64,000 nt of DNA from the NCBI RefSeq assembly GCF_001677475.2, contig NZ_CP015229.1. One strand, 5' to 3'. The notes under the pieces were generated by a model, which saw only the letters and a program-made list of their open reading frames with translations, was not told the DNA's origin and did not search any database. Both the position numbers and the translations under genes were made by a program. The stretch comes from Escherichia coli (GTDB lineage: Bacteria; Pseudomonadota; Gammaproteobacteria; Enterobacterales; Enterobacteriaceae). How positions within the stretch are numbered: position 1 is the first letter of the stretch; each line of letters opens with the position of its first letter. Below, piece by piece: positions 40,753 through 52,746 of this stretch.

Positions 40753-42207
40753 ATGGAACATCAGAGAAAACTATTCCAGCAACGCGGCTATAGCGAAGAT
40801 CTACTGCCGAAAACGCAAAGTCAGCGGACCTGGAAAACATTTAACTATTTTACCTTATGGATGGGTTCGGTTCATAACGTTCCCAATTATGTGATGGTTG
40901 GCGGCTTTTTTATCCTCGGCTTGTCTACCTTTAGTATTATGCTGGCAATTATCCTCAGTGCCTTTTTCATTGCCGCGGTAATGGTATTAAACGGTGCTGC
41001 GGGCAGTAAATACGGCGTACCGTTTGCCATGATCCTGCGTGCTTCTTACGGCGTACGTGGCGCACTGTTTCCCGGATTATTAAGAGGCGGTATTGCTGCC
41101 ATTATGTGGTTTGGCCTGCAATGTTACGCGGGGTCACTGGCCTGCTTGATTCTGATTGGCAAAATCTGGCCGGGATTTTTGACTCTCGGTGGTGATTTCA
41201 CTCTGTTAGGCCTTTCTCTACCGGGCTTAATTACTTTCTTACTCTTCTGGCTGGTCAACGTTGGTATTGGTTTTGGCGGTGGCAAAGTTTTAAATAAATT
41301 CACTGCCATTCTTAACCCGTGCATCTATATCGTTTTCGGCGGTATGGCGATTTGGGCGATTTCGCTGGTCGGGCTCGGTCCAATCTTTGACTACATTCCG
41401 AGCGGTATTCAGAAAGCAGAAAACAGTGGCTTCCTGTTCCTGGTGGTGATTAACGCGGTAGTTGCGGTCTGGGCGGCACCGGCGGTGAGCGCATCCGACT
41501 TTACGCAAAACGCCCACTCGTTTCGTGAGCAAGCGCTGGGGCAAACGCTGGGTTTAGTTGTGGCCTATATTCTGTTTGCGGTCGCCGGGGTATGTATTAT
41601 TGCCGGAGCCAGTATTCACTACGGCGCTGACACCTGGAACGTGCTGGATATTGTTCAGCGTTGGGACAGCCTGTTTGCCTCGTTCTTTGCGGTACTGGTT
41701 ATTCTGATGACGACTATCTCCACTAACGCCACCGGTAATATTATTCCGGCCGGTTATCAGATTGCCGCTATTGCACCGACGAAACTGACCTATAAAAACG
41801 GCGTACTGATTGCCAGTATTATCAGCCTGCTGATCTGCCCGTGGAAATTAATGGAAAATCAGGACAGTATTTATCTGTTCCTCGATATTATCGGCGGAAT
41901 GCTGGGTCCGGTAATTGGTGTAATGATGGCTCATTATTTTGTGGTGATGCGTGGGCAAATTAACCTTGATGAACTATACACCGCACCTGGCGATTATAAA
42001 TATTACGATAACGGTTTTAACCTCACCGCGTTTTCAGTAACTCTGGTGGCCGTTATTTTATCTCTTGGCGGTAAGTTTATTCACTTTATGGAACCGTTAT
42101 CGCGTGTTTCATGGTTTGTCGGCGTCATCGTCGCCTTTGCGGCCTACGCCTTATTAAAGAAACGTACAACAGCAGAAAAAACAGGAGAGCAAAAAACCAT
42201 AGGTTAA
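40753..42207 (+). CDS. ybbW: NCS1-family allantoin permease
   Basis: 484 aa; 12-TM transporter; synteny. Confidence 0.85.
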   Translation: MEHQRKLFQQRGYSEDLLPKTQSQRTWKTFNYFTLWMGSVHNVPNYVMVGGFFILGLSTFSIMLAIILSAFFIAAVMVLNGAAGSKYGVPFAMILRASYGVRGALFPGLLRGGIAAIMWFGLQCYAGSLACLILIGKIWPGFLTLGGDFTLLGLSLPGLITFLLFWLVNVGIGFGGGKVLNKFTAILNPCIYIVFGGMAIWAISLVGLGPIFDYIPSGIQKAENSGFLFLVVINAVVAVWAAPAVSASDFTQNAHSFREQALGQTLGLVVAYILFAVAGVCIIAGASIHYGADTWNVLDIVQRWDSLFASFFAVLVILMTTISTNATGNIIPAGYQIAAIAPTKLTYKNGVLIASIISLLICPWKLMENQDSIYLFLDIIGGMLGPVIGVMMAHYFVVMRGQINLDELYTAPGDYKYYDNGFNLTAFSVTLVAVILSLGGKFIHFMEPLSRVSWFVGVIVAFAAYALLKKRTTAEKTGEQKTIG

Positions 42208-42266
42208 TTAATCCCGATATTGAACATTGAGTTAAAAACCAATCTGTATTTTACAAGGAGTTTGTT

Positions 42267-43628
42267 ATGTCTTTTGATTTAATCATTAAAAACGGCACCG
42301 TTATTTTAGAAAACGAAGCTCGCGTTGTAGATATCGCCGTTAAAGGCGGAAAAATTGCTGCTATCGGTCAGGATCTGGGTGATGCAAAAGAAGTTATGGA
42401 TGCGTCTGGTCTGGTGGTTTCGCCGGGCATGGTTGATGCGCACACCCATATTTCTGAACCGGGTCGTAGCCACTGGGAAGGTTATGAAACCGGTACTCGC
42501 GCAGCAGCAAAAGGTGGTATCACCACCATGATCGAAATGCCGCTCAACCAACTGCCTGCAACGGTTGACCGCGCTTCAATTGAACTGAAGTTCGATGCCG
42601 CTAAAGGCAAGCTGACTATCGATGCGGCACAACTCGGTGGCCTGGTGTCTTACAACATTGATCGTCTGCATGAGTTGGATGAAGTGGGCGTTGTCGGCTT
42701 CAAATGCTTCGTTGCGACCTGTGGCGATCGCGGTATCGACAACGACTTCCGTGATGTAAATGACTGGCAGTTCTTCAAAGGCGCGCAGAAGCTGGGCGAA
42801 CTGGGGCAGCCGGTGCTGGTGCACTGCGAAAACGCACTGATCTGTGACGCACTGGGCGAAGAAGCGAAACGTGAAGGTCGCGTAACTGCCCATGACTATG
42901 TGGCTTCGCGTCCGGTATTTACCGAAGTGGAAGCGATTCGCCGCGTACTGTACCTGGCGAAAGTTGCCGGTTGCCGTCTGCACATTTGCCATATCAGCAG
43001 CCCGGAAGGTGTTGAAGAAGTGACTCGTGCACGTCAGGAAGGTCAGGACGTTACCTGTGAATCCTGCCCGCATTACTTTGTACTGGATACCGATCAGTTC
43101 GAAGAAATCGGTACTCTGGCGAAGTGTTCACCGCCGATCCGCGATCTGGAAAACCAGAAAGGCATGTGGGAAAAACTGTTTAACGGTGAAATCGACTGCC
43201 TGGTTTCCGACCACTCACCATGCCCTCCGGAAATGAAAGCCGGCAACATCATGGAAGCATGGGGCGGTATTGCCGGTCTGCAAAACTGTATGGACGTGAT
43301 GTTCGATGAAGCGGTACAGAAACGCGGAATGTCTCTGCCAATGTTCGGCAAATTAATGGCGACTAACGCAGCAGATATTTTCGGTCTGCAGCAAAAAGGC
43401 CGTATCGCCCCAGGAAAAGATGCCGACTTCGTCTTCATTCAGCCGAATAGCAGCTATGTTCTTACCAATGACGATCTGGAATATCGCCACAAAGTCAGCC
43501 CGTATGTTGGCCGTACCATTGGCGCGCGTATCACGAAAACCATCTTACGTGGTGATGTGATTTACGACATTGAACAGGGCTTCCCTGTTGCGCCGAAAGG
43601 TCAATTTATCCTTAAACATCAGCAGTAA
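42267..43628 (+). CDS. allB: Allantoinase (cyclic amidohydrolase)
   Basis: 453 aa; metal-binding DAHTH motif near the N-terminus. Confidence 0.92.
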   Translation: MSFDLIIKNGTVILENEARVVDIAVKGGKIAAIGQDLGDAKEVMDASGLVVSPGMVDAHTHISEPGRSHWEGYETGTRAAAKGGITTMIEMPLNQLPATVDRASIELKFDAAKGKLTIDAAQLGGLVSYNIDRLHELDEVGVVGFKCFVATCGDRGIDNDFRDVNDWQFFKGAQKLGELGQPVLVHCENALICDALGEEAKREGRVTAHDYVASRPVFTEVEAIRRVLYLAKVAGCRLHICHISSPEGVEEVTRARQEGQDVTCESCPHYFVLDTDQFEEIGTLAKCSPPIRDLENQKGMWEKLFNGEIDCLVSDHSPCPPEMKAGNIMEAWGGIAGLQNCMDVMFDEAVQKRGMSLPMFGKLMATNAADIFGLQQKGRIAPGKDADFVFIQPNSSYVLTNDDLEYRHKVSPYVGRTIGARITKTILRGDVIYDIEQGFPVAPKGQFILKHQQ

Positions 43629-43678
43629 TCTGGCCCCTGCAATGCCCGTCCTTGCGGCGGGCATTCTCCGGTTAAGGT

Positions 43679-44986
43679 GTGTTTATGTTCAATTTTGCAG
43701 TCAGCCGCGAAAGCCTGTTATCAGGATTTCAGTGGTTTTTCTTTATTTTTTGCAACACGGTTGTGGTTCCTCCTACGCTACTTTCTGCTTTTCAGTTGCC
43801 GCAAAGTAGCCTGCTTACGCTCACGCAATATGCTTTTCTTGCTACCGCACTGGCCTGCTTCGCTCAGGTGTTTTGCGGTCATCGTCGCGCTATTATGGAA
43901 GGGCCAGGTGGCCTGTGGTGGGGAACCATCCTTACTATCACCCTTGGCGAAGCATCGCGCGGGACACCGATCAACGATATCGCTACCAGTCTGGCGGTGG
44001 GGATTGCACTCTCCGGCGTGCTGACGATGTTGATTGGTTTTAGCGGATTAGGCCATCGCCTGGCACGGTTATTTACGCCGTCGGTGATGGTCCTGTTTAT
44101 GTTGATGCTGGGCGCGCAGCTGACCACTATCTTTTTCAAAGGTATGCTCGGGCTGCCGTTTGGCATAGCCGACCCAAATTTTAAAATTCAGTTACCGCCG
44201 TTCGCGCTCTCGGTGGCGGTGATGTGCCTGGTACTGGGGATGATTATCTTCCTGCCGCAACGTTTTGCCCGTTATGGCCTGCTGGTCGGCACCATAACCG
44301 GCTGGTTGTTGTGGTACTTTTGCTTTCCTGCTTCGCACTCGCTCTCCGGTGAGTTGCACTGGCAGTGGTTCCCGCTCGGCAGTGGCGGTGCGTTGTCGCC
44401 GGGAATTATTCTGACGGCGGTGATTACAGGTCTGGTAAATATCAGCAATACCTACGGTGCGATTCGGGGCACGGATGTTTTTTATCCGCAGCAGGGCGCG
44501 GGGAATACGCGTTATCGTCGTAGCTTTGTGGCGACCGGATTTATGACGCTGATAACCGTACCGCTGGCGGTAATTCCATTTTCACCGTTTGTTTCATCCA
44601 TTGGTTTATTAACCCAGACTGGCGATTACACGCGACGTTCGTTTATTTATGGCAGCGTTATTTGCCTGCTGGTTGCGCTGGTTCCGGCACTCACGCGACT
44701 ATTTTGCAGTATCCCTTTACCAGTGAGTAGCGCGGTCATGCTGGTTTCTTATCTGCCTTTACTCTTTTCCGCGCTGGTGTTTAGCCAGCAAATAACCTTT
44801 ACCGCTCGCAATATTTATCGACTCGCATTGCCGTTATTTGTCGGCATATTTTTAATGGCATTACCGCCTGTGTATCTGCAAGACCTTCCATTAACGCTTC
44901 GTCCTCTGCTCAGTAACGGCTTACTGGTCGGAATTTTACTGGCTGTTCTTATGGATAATCTTATTCCGTGGGAACGCATCGAATAA
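43679..44986 (+). CDS. ybbY: Putative purine/xanthine permease (NCS2 family) YbbY
   Basis: 435 aa polytopic membrane protein; an alternative ATG lies 6 nt downstream. Confidence 0.8.
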   Translation: MFMFNFAVSRESLLSGFQWFFFIFCNTVVVPPTLLSAFQLPQSSLLTLTQYAFLATALACFAQVFCGHRRAIMEGPGGLWWGTILTITLGEASRGTPINDIATSLAVGIALSGVLTMLIGFSGLGHRLARLFTPSVMVLFMLMLGAQLTTIFFKGMLGLPFGIADPNFKIQLPPFALSVAVMCLVLGMIIFLPQRFARYGLLVGTITGWLLWYFCFPASHSLSGELHWQWFPLGSGGALSPGIILTAVITGLVNISNTYGAIRGTDVFYPQQGAGNTRYRRSFVATGFMTLITVPLAVIPFSPFVSSIGLLTQTGDYTRRSFIYGSVICLLVALVPALTRLFCSIPLPVSSAVMLVSYLPLLFSALVFSQQITFTARNIYRLALPLFVGIFLMALPPVYLQDLPLTLRPLLSNGLLVGILLAVLMDNLIPWERIE

Positions 44987-45007
44987 TTTGTTGAAAAAGG
45001 ATTGATA

Positions 45008-46153
45008 ATGAAGATTGTCATTGCGCCAGACTCTTTTAAAGAGAGCTTAAGTGCAGAAAAATGTTGTCAGGCAATTAAAGCCGGGTTTTCGACCCTCTTT
45101 CCCGATGCGCACTATATCTGTTTGCCGATAGCGGATGGCGGCGAAGGGACGGTGGATGCGATGGTCGCCGCGACGGGCGGCAACATCGTGAAGCTTGAAG
45201 TCTGCGGGCCGATGGGCGAAAAAGTGAATGCTTTTTATGGCCTTACCGGCGACGGGAAAACAGCGGTGATTGAGATGGCGGCAGCAAGTGGCCTGATGCT
45301 GGTCGCGCCTGAAAAGCGTAATCCGTTGCTGGCCTCCAGTTTTGGTACGGGGGAGTTAATTCGTCATGCGCTGGATAACGGCATTCGCCATATTATTCTC
45401 GGCATTGGCGGTAGTGCGACGGTCGACGGCGGTATGGGCATGGCGCAGGCGCTTGGTGTGCGTTTCCTTGATGCCGACGGTCAGGTGCTGGTGGCTAACG
45501 GCGGCAATTTAGCGCGCGTGGCAAGCATTGAGATGGATGAATGCGATCCGCGTCTGGCGAACTGCCATATTGAAGTAGCATGTGACGTTGATAACCCGCT
45601 GGTAGGGGCACGCGGCGCGGCGGCGGTGTTTGGCCCGCAAAAAGGGGCAACGCCGGAGATGGTCGAAGAACTGGAACAGGGGCTGCAAAATTACGCCCGT
45701 GTTTTACAACAGCAAACTGAAATGAATGTCTGCCAGATGGCGGGCGGCGGCGCGGCGGGCGGTATGGGTATTGCGGCGGCGGTATTCCTCAATGCGGATA
45801 TTAAACCGGGCATTGAGATTGTGTTGAATGCGGTCAATCTTGCGCAGGCGGTGCAGGGCGCAGCACTGGTGATCACCGGGGAAGGGCGCATCGACTCGCA
45901 AACGGCAGGCGGTAAAGCTCCGCTGGGCGTTGCGTCGGTGGCGAAGCAGTTTAATGTACCGGTGATTGGGATTGCTGGCGTATTGGGTGATGGCGTGGAA
46001 GTGGTGCACCAGTACGGCATTGATGCGGTATTCAGCATTTTGCCACGTCTGGCACCTTTAACCGAAGTGCTCGCCAGCGGTGAAACCAATCTCTTCAACA
46101 GTGCGCGAAATATTGCCTGCGCCATTAAAATAGGTCAGGGAATTAAAAACTGA
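45008..46153 (+). CDS. glxK: Glycerate kinase II
   Basis: 381 aa from [16 protein letters not shown]; the track ORF begins 2 codons upstream. Confidence 0.9.
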   Translation: MKIVIAPDSFKESLSAEKCCQAIKAGFSTLFPDAHYICLPIADGGEGTVDAMVAATGGNIVKLEVCGPMGEKVNAFYGLTGDGKTAVIEMAAASGLMLVAPEKRNPLLASSFGTGELIRHALDNGIRHIILGIGGSATVDGGMGMAQALGVRFLDADGQVLVANGGNLARVASIEMDECDPRLANCHIEVACDVDNPLVGARGAAAVFGPQKGATPEMVEELEQGLQNYARVLQQQTEMNVCQMAGGGAAGGMGIAAAVFLNADIKPGIEIVLNAVNLAQAVQGAALVITGEGRIDSQTAGGKAPLGVASVAKQFNVPVIGIAGVLGDGVEVVHQYGIDAVFSILPRLAPLTEVLASGETNLFNSARNIACAIKIGQGIKN

Positions 46154-46199
46154 CTCTTACCTTTAAAGTGGATGCGATTTATTTCGTATAAGAGCGCAG

Positions 46200-46310
46200 T
46201 GCTCATGCCGGATGCGGCATGAGTACTATATCCTTCCTGAAAATCGCGCAAATTCTATATATTGTAGAGATCATGTAGGCCTGATAAGCGAAGCGCATCA
46301 GGCAATGTTA
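46200..46310. repeat. REP-like palindromic elements between glxK and allE
   Basis: Palindrome GCTCATGCCGGATGCGGCATGAG and REP unit GTAGGCCTGATAAGCGAAGCGCATCAGGCA. Confidence 0.6.
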
Positions 46311-46311
46311 C

Positions 46312-46345
46312 AAAAAAAGCCACGGTATAAACCGTGGCAAAATCC
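46312..46345 (-). terminator. Intrinsic terminator downstream of allE
   Basis: Minus-strand hairpin GCCACGG-TTTATA-CCGTGGC followed by T7. Confidence 0.6.
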
Positions 46346-46380
46346 AACATAGCTAAAAATAATCAGGCGAGTGGTATGAC

Positions 46381-47166
46381 TTAAATCTCTACGTCGCGGT
46401 TGCAATCTTTCGAGTAAATATAGCTGAACGCTTCACCACGCCCTACGCCATAACCAGCCTGTAAAGAATAAGCGCCCATAAAGATGTAATCGCCTTTTTT
46501 CACCGGAATCCAGTTATTGTCAAGGTTATAAACCCCCTGACCGGAAAGAATATAGGCACCGTGTTCCTGAACATGTGTTTCGATATAACCGTGGCTGGCA
46601 CCTGGCGCAAAAGAGAGGATATGCATGTTCATATCAAAACCTAACTCTTTGGGCAGAAAATCCAGCAGGATCACATCATCCATACCTTCATAATGAATGC
46701 GTTCCAGTTCGCTGGCATTGCCAGAAACCAGCCACGGCGCATGACCTTCTACCGGAACATAGCGACGCTTATATAAAAAGATTTGGCTGTCTTCGGCCTG
46801 GGCGTTAACAAAAGTCATTAAGGAGCCTGGCGGGCAATAAAGATAGCCACCTTCACTTAAGGTAAATGTTTTCCCTTCGGCTTTGGCAGTGATATTTCCA
46901 GAGATCACATACAGGAACGTTTCAATGCCTTCGCCACCGAAGCCCTGTTGGTTGCCGCCGTTTTGATGCAGTGTGACCAGATAATCAACAAAAGAGGCAC
47001 CCAGCTTTGGCGTGGAGAGGATTGTCGCGTCACAATTTTCAAAGCCCGGAATAATATTTTTTACCAGACCGTCTGGTGTTAACAGTGCGAAATTACCGTG
47101 TTTAACAATCGCACGGTTAGCCAGTAAATCATCGCGGTAACCGGTGACGTTATTTAAATATCCCAT
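46381..47166 (-). CDS. allE: (S)-ureidoglycine aminohydrolase (cupin)
   Basis: 261 aa; synteny. Confidence 0.9.
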   Translation of the reverse strand: MGYLNNVTGYRDDLLANRAIVKHGNFALLTPDGLVKNIIPGFENCDATILSTPKLGASFVDYLVTLHQNGGNQQGFGGEGIETFLYVISGNITAKAEGKTFTLSEGGYLYCPPGSLMTFVNAQAEDSQIFLYKRRYVPVEGHAPWLVSGNASELERIHYEGMDDVILLDFLPKELGFDMNMHILSFAPGASHGYIETHVQEHGAYILSGQGVYNLDNNWIPVKKGDYIFMGAYSLQAGYGVGRGEAFSYIYSKDCNRDVEI

Positions 47167-47176
47167 TTATGACTCC

Positions 47177-48412
47177 TTATTTCTGCCAGGCAAGTTGATA
47201 AAGCATGAGTGCCAACGTTTTGACCCCTTCGGCAAGGTCGGTAATATTGGTGCGTTCCGCCGGGTTATGGCTGATCCCGTTGATGCTGGGGATAAAAATC
47301 ATACAGGTTGGTACGCGAGGCGCGAAAATTTGCGCGTCGTGCCCGGCACCACTGTGCATCACCCGGTAATTCAGTTTTTCGCTTTCACACAATTCTGTCA
47401 GGGTGGCGACCAGGTCCTTATTCATCGGCACGGGTTCTTCGTCCATCCATAAATCAATATCAATACCAATGTCCATTTCATCGCAAATCGCCCGCATGTC
47501 GTTTTCTAACTGCTGGGTGAAATCGCGCAGCACGGCAGCGTCGGTATGACGACAATCAATGGTGAACGTGGTTTTACCTGGTACCACATTCACCGTATTC
47601 GGACGCGGCTCCACCTTGCCAAAGGTAAGCACCAGCGGGTCGCCCATCTTTTTCGCTTTTTCGATCGACTGATGGCAAATGCGACTGAAAGCGTAAACCG
47701 TATCACGACGATAACCCATCGGCGTGGTGCCTGCATGGTTTGATTCGCCGTTCAGCGTCACCGTATAGCGACGTTGCCCGACAATTGCATTCACCACGCC
47801 AATTGACTGCCCGTTACTTTCCAGCACACAGCCCTGTTCGATATGCAGTTCGACAAAGGCTTTAATATCCTGACGCGGAGTTAGCGGGGCGTCCGGCAGA
47901 GTAAATCCGCAAGCCTTCATCGCATCGACAAACCTATTTCCTTTGGCATCACAGATATTCCGTACGTCGTCAGGATTCGCCAGCCCAAAGATATTTTTAC
48001 TGCCCCAGAAGACATACGGGAAGCGGCTGCCTTCTTCTTCTGCCATCGCCACCACTTCGACCGTACGTAGCGGCGCGCCGTATTGCGTTTTCAGCCAGTC
48101 AATTGCCAGCCAGGCCGCCAGCGCGCCGAATTGCCCGTCGAGGTTACCGCCGTTAACCACGGTATCGATATGCGAACCGCTCAGAACCACTTCCTGTGGA
48201 TATTCGGTGCCATTCAGGCGACCGTATAAATTTCCCACTTCATCGAAATGTGTTTCCAGCCCGCTTGCTGCCATTCTTTTTTTAAATTGCTGTTGGGTTT
48301 CCAGCCATTCCGGCGAATAAAGTAAACGGGTCATCCCACCCGTAGGGTCAGCGCCAAAAGAGGAAAGCCAGGGCAGCGTTTCTTCTATGGCTTGACGGAA
48401 ATGTGTAATCAT
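47177..48412 (-). CDS. allC: Allantoate amidohydrolase (M20 peptidase family)
   Basis: 411 aa from MITHFRQAIEE; the track ORF begins 6 codons upstream. Confidence 0.9.
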   Translation of the reverse strand: MITHFRQAIEETLPWLSSFGADPTGGMTRLLYSPEWLETQQQFKKRMAASGLETHFDEVGNLYGRLNGTEYPQEVVLSGSHIDTVVNGGNLDGQFGALAAWLAIDWLKTQYGAPLRTVEVVAMAEEEGSRFPYVFWGSKNIFGLANPDDVRNICDAKGNRFVDAMKACGFTLPDAPLTPRQDIKAFVELHIEQGCVLESNGQSIGVVNAIVGQRRYTVTLNGESNHAGTTPMGYRRDTVYAFSRICHQSIEKAKKMGDPLVLTFGKVEPRPNTVNVVPGKTTFTIDCRHTDAAVLRDFTQQLENDMRAICDEMDIGIDIDLWMDEEPVPMNKDLVATLTELCESEKLNYRVMHSGAGHDAQIFAPRVPTCMIFIPSINGISHNPAERTNITDLAEGVKTLALMLYQLAWQK

Positions 48413-48433
48413 AAGAAAGTCCTGTCTCAATAA

Positions 48434-49483
48434 TTATTGCGCAAAGGGATTTTTCGTTTCGTATGACGTGTTATAAAGCGCGTCGGAAATTAAATACTGG
48501 TAAATATCATCAACAATTTCGATGCCTTCGACGGCGGCTTTGCGTTGTTTAATATCCTGATCCTGTCCGGGATAATAAACCTGATTAAAACCGGGCGCGG
48601 GGGTAATGGCATTTAATTCGCGCATGGTCTGGCTAAGATGTTGACGGAATAATTCGCTGGAGGAGAAAAAGTTCGGATTAATAACTATATGTAATTGCCC
48701 CAAATTACGCCCGGCGTGTAAATCGTCATACATCGAACTAACCTGTCGCCCGAACGGTAAGCCGAGTAAGACGCCTGAGAGGACGTCAATCATCATCATC
48801 AGGCCATACCCTTTCGGCCCAGCGGCGGGGAGCAGAGCATGTACCGCGAACGGATCGGTTGTTGGTGCACCGTTTTTATCGACCGCCCAGGTATCCGGGA
48901 TAGACATATTACGCGAGCGGGCGTCGAGCACTTTTCCCCATGCCTGTACGGTAGTCGCCATATCAAAGGTAAGGATCTCGTTGCCTTCTCCCGGCGCGGC
49001 AAAGGCCAGTGGGTTAGTACCGTAGTAAATTTCCGCGCCGCCAAACGGCACCACCATTGGATCGGACTGGCACATCGAAATACCAATTAATCCGGCGCGG
49101 GCTGCCTGCTGCACAAAATAAGAGATTGCGCCGCTGTGACCCATCCGGCTGATACCGACCACCGCAACGCCATTTTGCTGGGCGGTTTTGATGGCATGTT
49201 CCATACCCATTTTCGCCGCGACCTGTCCGGCGGCATTGTCGGCATGTAAAATTGCCGAGCACGGCCCGGTTTCCTCAAGACGAAACTCCGGTTCGCGGTT
49301 GGTGCCGCCTTTTGAGATGCGTTCCGCGTAGTATTCCACGCGCACCGCGCCATGAGAGTGGATCCCTCTGGCATCGGCGTAAACCAATACTTCAGCCACG
49401 GTTGCAGCGTGCTCACGTTTTAACCCAGCCTGGTAGAGTTTATTCTCGATTAGCTGGTGGAGTGTTTCCCGACTGATTTTCAT
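48434..49483 (-). CDS. allD: Ureidoglycolate dehydrogenase
   Basis: 349 aa; synteny. Confidence 0.9.
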   Translation of the reverse strand: MKISRETLHQLIENKLYQAGLKREHAATVAEVLVYADARGIHSHGAVRVEYYAERISKGGTNREPEFRLEETGPCSAILHADNAAGQVAAKMGMEHAIKTAQQNGVAVVGISRMGHSGAISYFVQQAARAGLIGISMCQSDPMVVPFGGAEIYYGTNPLAFAAPGEGNEILTFDMATTVQAWGKVLDARSRNMSIPDTWAVDKNGAPTTDPFAVHALLPAAGPKGYGLMMMIDVLSGVLLGLPFGRQVSSMYDDLHAGRNLGQLHIVINPNFFSSSELFRQHLSQTMRELNAITPAPGFNQVYYPGQDQDIKQRKAAVEGIEIVDDIYQYLISDALYNTSYETKNPFAQ

Positions 49484-49799
49484 CTGTCTTCCTTTTTAAC
49501 GACGGTGTGAAGCATGACTGCAATTAACATACAGGGAAAATATCTGGATTATGTGATCCAGACAGGCAAAAAAATATAGTTAGAATTTATTTGATAATCC
49601 GCTCGCTTTTAACCTGGTTTTTAAAACAACCACGCTTATTAAAAAATAACGCGTAATAGCCTGGCGGTTATTTGAATTCTTTTGTTAATAATCCCTGTGT
49701 GATATTCATCACCTTATTTACTCGTTGTCATCGATACCGTAATCGCCACATTAACACTGCTCGTGCAATTGCCATGGGTGCAATTTTTAAGGAGTTGTT

Positions 49800-51467
49800 A
49801 TGATCCACGCCTTTATTAAAAAAGGGTGTTTTCAGGATTCGGTCAGTTTAATGATTATTTCACGAAAACTCAGCGAATCAGAAAATGTTGATGATGTTTC
49901 CGTAATGATGGGTACGCCCGCCAATAAAGCGTTATTAGATACCACAGGTTTCTGGCATGACGATTTTAATAACGCCACGCCGAACGATATTTGCGTGGCA
50001 ATTCGTAGCGAAGCGGCGGATGCGGGGATCGCGCAGGCGATTATGCAGCAGCTTGAAGAGGCGCTAAAACAACTGGCGCAGGGTTCAGGCAGCAGCCAGG
50101 CGTTGACGCAGGTGCGTCGCTGGGACAGTGCCTGTCAGAAATTACCCGATGCCAATCTGGCGCTGATTTCAGTGGCTGGTGAGTATGCGGCGGAGCTGGC
50201 GAACCAGGCGCTGGATCGTAACCTCAACGTGATGATGTTCTCCGATAACGTTACGCTGGAAGATGAAATCCAACTTAAAACCCGCGCGCGGGAAAAAGGC
50301 TTGCTGGTGATGGGACCAGACTGCGGTACGTCGATGATTGCCGCCACGCCGCTGGCTTTTGCTAACGTGATGCCGGAAGGCAACATTGGCGTCATTGGCG
50401 CTTCCGGTACCGGGATTCAGGAGCTGTGCTCACAGATTGCGCTGGCAGGGGAGGGAATTACTCACGCGATTGGTCTTGGCGGGCGCGACCTCAGCCGTGA
50501 AGTGGGCGGCATCAGTGCGCTAACAGCGCTGGAAATGCTCAGTGCAGACGAGAAAAGCGAAGTGCTGGCATTTGTTTCAAAACCACCTGCCGATGCTGTG
50601 CGTCTGAAAATTGTTAATGCCATGAAAGCAACCGGCAAACCGACGGTGGCGCTGTTTTTAGGTTATACCCCGGCGGTGGCCCGCGACGAGAATGTCTGGT
50701 TTGCCTCCTCGCTGGATGAGGCCGCACGCCTGGCTTGCCTGCTTTCACGCGTCACGGCGCGACGTAACGCAATAGCACCTGTCAGCAGCGGATTTATTTG
50801 CGGTTTGTATACCGGCGGTACGCTGGCTGCCGAAGCGGCGGGATTACTTGCCGGACACCTTGGCGTGGAAGCCGATGATGCCCATCATCACGGCATGATG
50901 CTCGACGCCGATGGTCACCAGATTATTGACCTCGGCGATGATTTCTACACAGTCGGGCGTCCCCATCCGATGATCGACCCAACCTTACGCAACCAGTTAA
51001 TTGCCGATCTCGGCGCTAAACCGTCAGTGCGCGTATTGCTACTTGATGTCGTGATTGGCTTCGGCGCGACCGCCGATCCTGCCGCCTCGCTGGTGAGCGC
51101 CTGGCAAAAAGCCTGTGCCGCGCGTTCAGACAACCAACCGCTGTATGCCATTGCCACGGTGACAGGTACCGAACGTGACCCGCAATGCCGCTCGCAGCAA
51201 ATCGCCACGCTGGAAGATGCGGGGATTGCGGTCGTGAGTTCGCTACCGGAAGCCACCTTGCTGGCGGCAGCGTTAATTCATCCGCTCTCGCCTGCCGCAC
51301 AGCAACACACATCGTCATTACTGGAAAACGTCGCCGTGATTAACATCGGATTACGCAACTTTGCGCTGGAGCTACAAAGCGCCAGCAAACCGGTTGTGCA
51401 TTACCAATGGTCGCCAGTCGCCGGCGGCAATAAAAAACTGGCTCGTTTATTAGAACGTTTGCAATAA
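49800..51467 (+). CDS. fdrA: FdrA (CoA-ligase-like fold; proposed oxamate carbamoyltransferase component)
   Basis: 555 aa; synteny. Confidence 0.85.
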   Translation: MIHAFIKKGCFQDSVSLMIISRKLSESENVDDVSVMMGTPANKALLDTTGFWHDDFNNATPNDICVAIRSEAADAGIAQAIMQQLEEALKQLAQGSGSSQALTQVRRWDSACQKLPDANLALISVAGEYAAELANQALDRNLNVMMFSDNVTLEDEIQLKTRAREKGLLVMGPDCGTSMIAATPLAFANVMPEGNIGVIGASGTGIQELCSQIALAGEGITHAIGLGGRDLSREVGGISALTALEMLSADEKSEVLAFVSKPPADAVRLKIVNAMKATGKPTVALFLGYTPAVARDENVWFASSLDEAARLACLLSRVTARRNAIAPVSSGFICGLYTGGTLAAEAAGLLAGHLGVEADDAHHHGMMLDADGHQIIDLGDDFYTVGRPHPMIDPTLRNQLIADLGAKPSVRVLLLDVVIGFGATADPAASLVSAWQKACAARSDNQPLYAIATVTGTERDPQCRSQQIATLEDAGIAVVSSLPEATLLAAALIHPLSPAAQQHTSSLLENVAVINIGLRNFALELQSASKPVVHYQWSPVAGGNKKLARLLERLQ

Positions 51468-51476
51468 GGGGTTCCC

Positions 51477-52736
51477 ATGTTTACATCAGTGGCGCAAGCC
51501 AATGCTGCGGTTATCGAACAAATTCGTCGCGCTCGTCCACACTGGCTGGATGTGCAACCGGCTTCTTCACTTATCAGCGAACTAAACGAGGGCAAAACAC
51601 TGCTTCACGCCGGGCCGCCAATGCGCTGGCAGGAGATGACCGGACCCATGAAAGGGGCGTGCGTGGGCGCATGTCTGTTTGAAGGCTGGGCGAAAGATGA
51701 AGCGCAGGCGCTGGCAATACTGGAGCTGGGGGAAGTGAACTTCATTCCTTGTCACCATGTGAATGCCGTCGGGCCAATGGGCGGCATTACTTCTGCCAGT
51801 ATGCCGATGCTGGTGGTCGAGAACGTGACCGACGGCAACCGGGCGTACTGCAACCTCAATGAAGGTATCGGCAAAGTGATGCGTTTTGGCGCTTACGGCG
51901 AAGATGTCCTGACTCGCCATCGCTGGATGCGCGATGTGTTAATGCCAGTATTAAGTGCGGCGCTGGGGCGCATGGAGCGCGGTATCGATCTCACCGCGAT
52001 GATGGCGCAGGGCATTACGATGGGCGATGAGTTCCATCAACGCAATATTGCTTCCTCAGCATTGTTAATGTGTGCGCTGGCCCCACAAATTGCCCGACTC
52101 GATCATGATAAACAGCACATCGCCGAAGTGATGGATTTCCTCAGCGTGACCGATCAGTTCTTCCTCAACCTCGCGATGGCTTACTGCAAGGCGGCGATGG
52201 ATGCTGGCGCGATGATCCGCGCAGGCAGCATCGTTACGGCTATGACCCGCAACGGCAATATGTTCGGGATTCGGGTAAGCGGGCTGGGTGAACGCTGGTT
52301 TACTGCGCCTGTAAACACTCCGCAAGGTCTGTTTTTCACCGGCTTCTCGCAGGAGCAGGCGAACCCGGATATGGGCGATAGCGCGATTACCGAAACCTTT
52401 GGTATTGGCGGAGCCGCAATGATCGCAGCGCCTGGCGTAACGCGCTTTGTCGGTGCGGGTGGCATGGAAGCGGCCAGAGCGGTATCTGAAGAGATGGCGG
52501 AAATTTACCTTGAACGCAATATGCAGTTGCAGATCCCAAGCTGGGATTTTCAGGGCGCGTGTCTGGGACTGGACATTCGTCGCGTGGTAGAAACCGGCAT
52601 TACGCCACTCATCAATACCGGTATCGCCCATAAAGAGGCGGGGATCGGGCAGATTGGCGCAGGCACTGTGCGGGCACCGCTGGCGTGTTTTGAACAGGCG
52701 CTGGAAGCACTGGCTGAAAGCATGGGGATTGGTTGA
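51477..52736 (+). CDS. ylbE: DUF1116 protein YlbE, intact
   Basis: Uninterrupted 419-aa ORF. Confidence 0.85.
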   Translation: MFTSVAQANAAVIEQIRRARPHWLDVQPASSLISELNEGKTLLHAGPPMRWQEMTGPMKGACVGACLFEGWAKDEAQALAILELGEVNFIPCHHVNAVGPMGGITSASMPMLVVENVTDGNRAYCNLNEGIGKVMRFGAYGEDVLTRHRWMRDVLMPVLSAALGRMERGIDLTAMMAQGITMGDEFHQRNIASSALLMCALAPQIARLDHDKQHIAEVMDFLSVTDQFFLNLAMAYCKAAMDAGAMIRAGSIVTAMTRNGNMFGIRVSGLGERWFTAPVNTPQGLFFTGFSQEQANPDMGDSAITETFGIGGAAMIAAPGVTRFVGAGGMEAARAVSEEMAEIYLERNMQLQIPSWDFQGACLGLDIRRVVETGITPLINTGIAHKEAGIGQIGAGTVRAPLACFEQALEALAESMGIG

Positions 52737-52746
52737 GGAACGTGCA

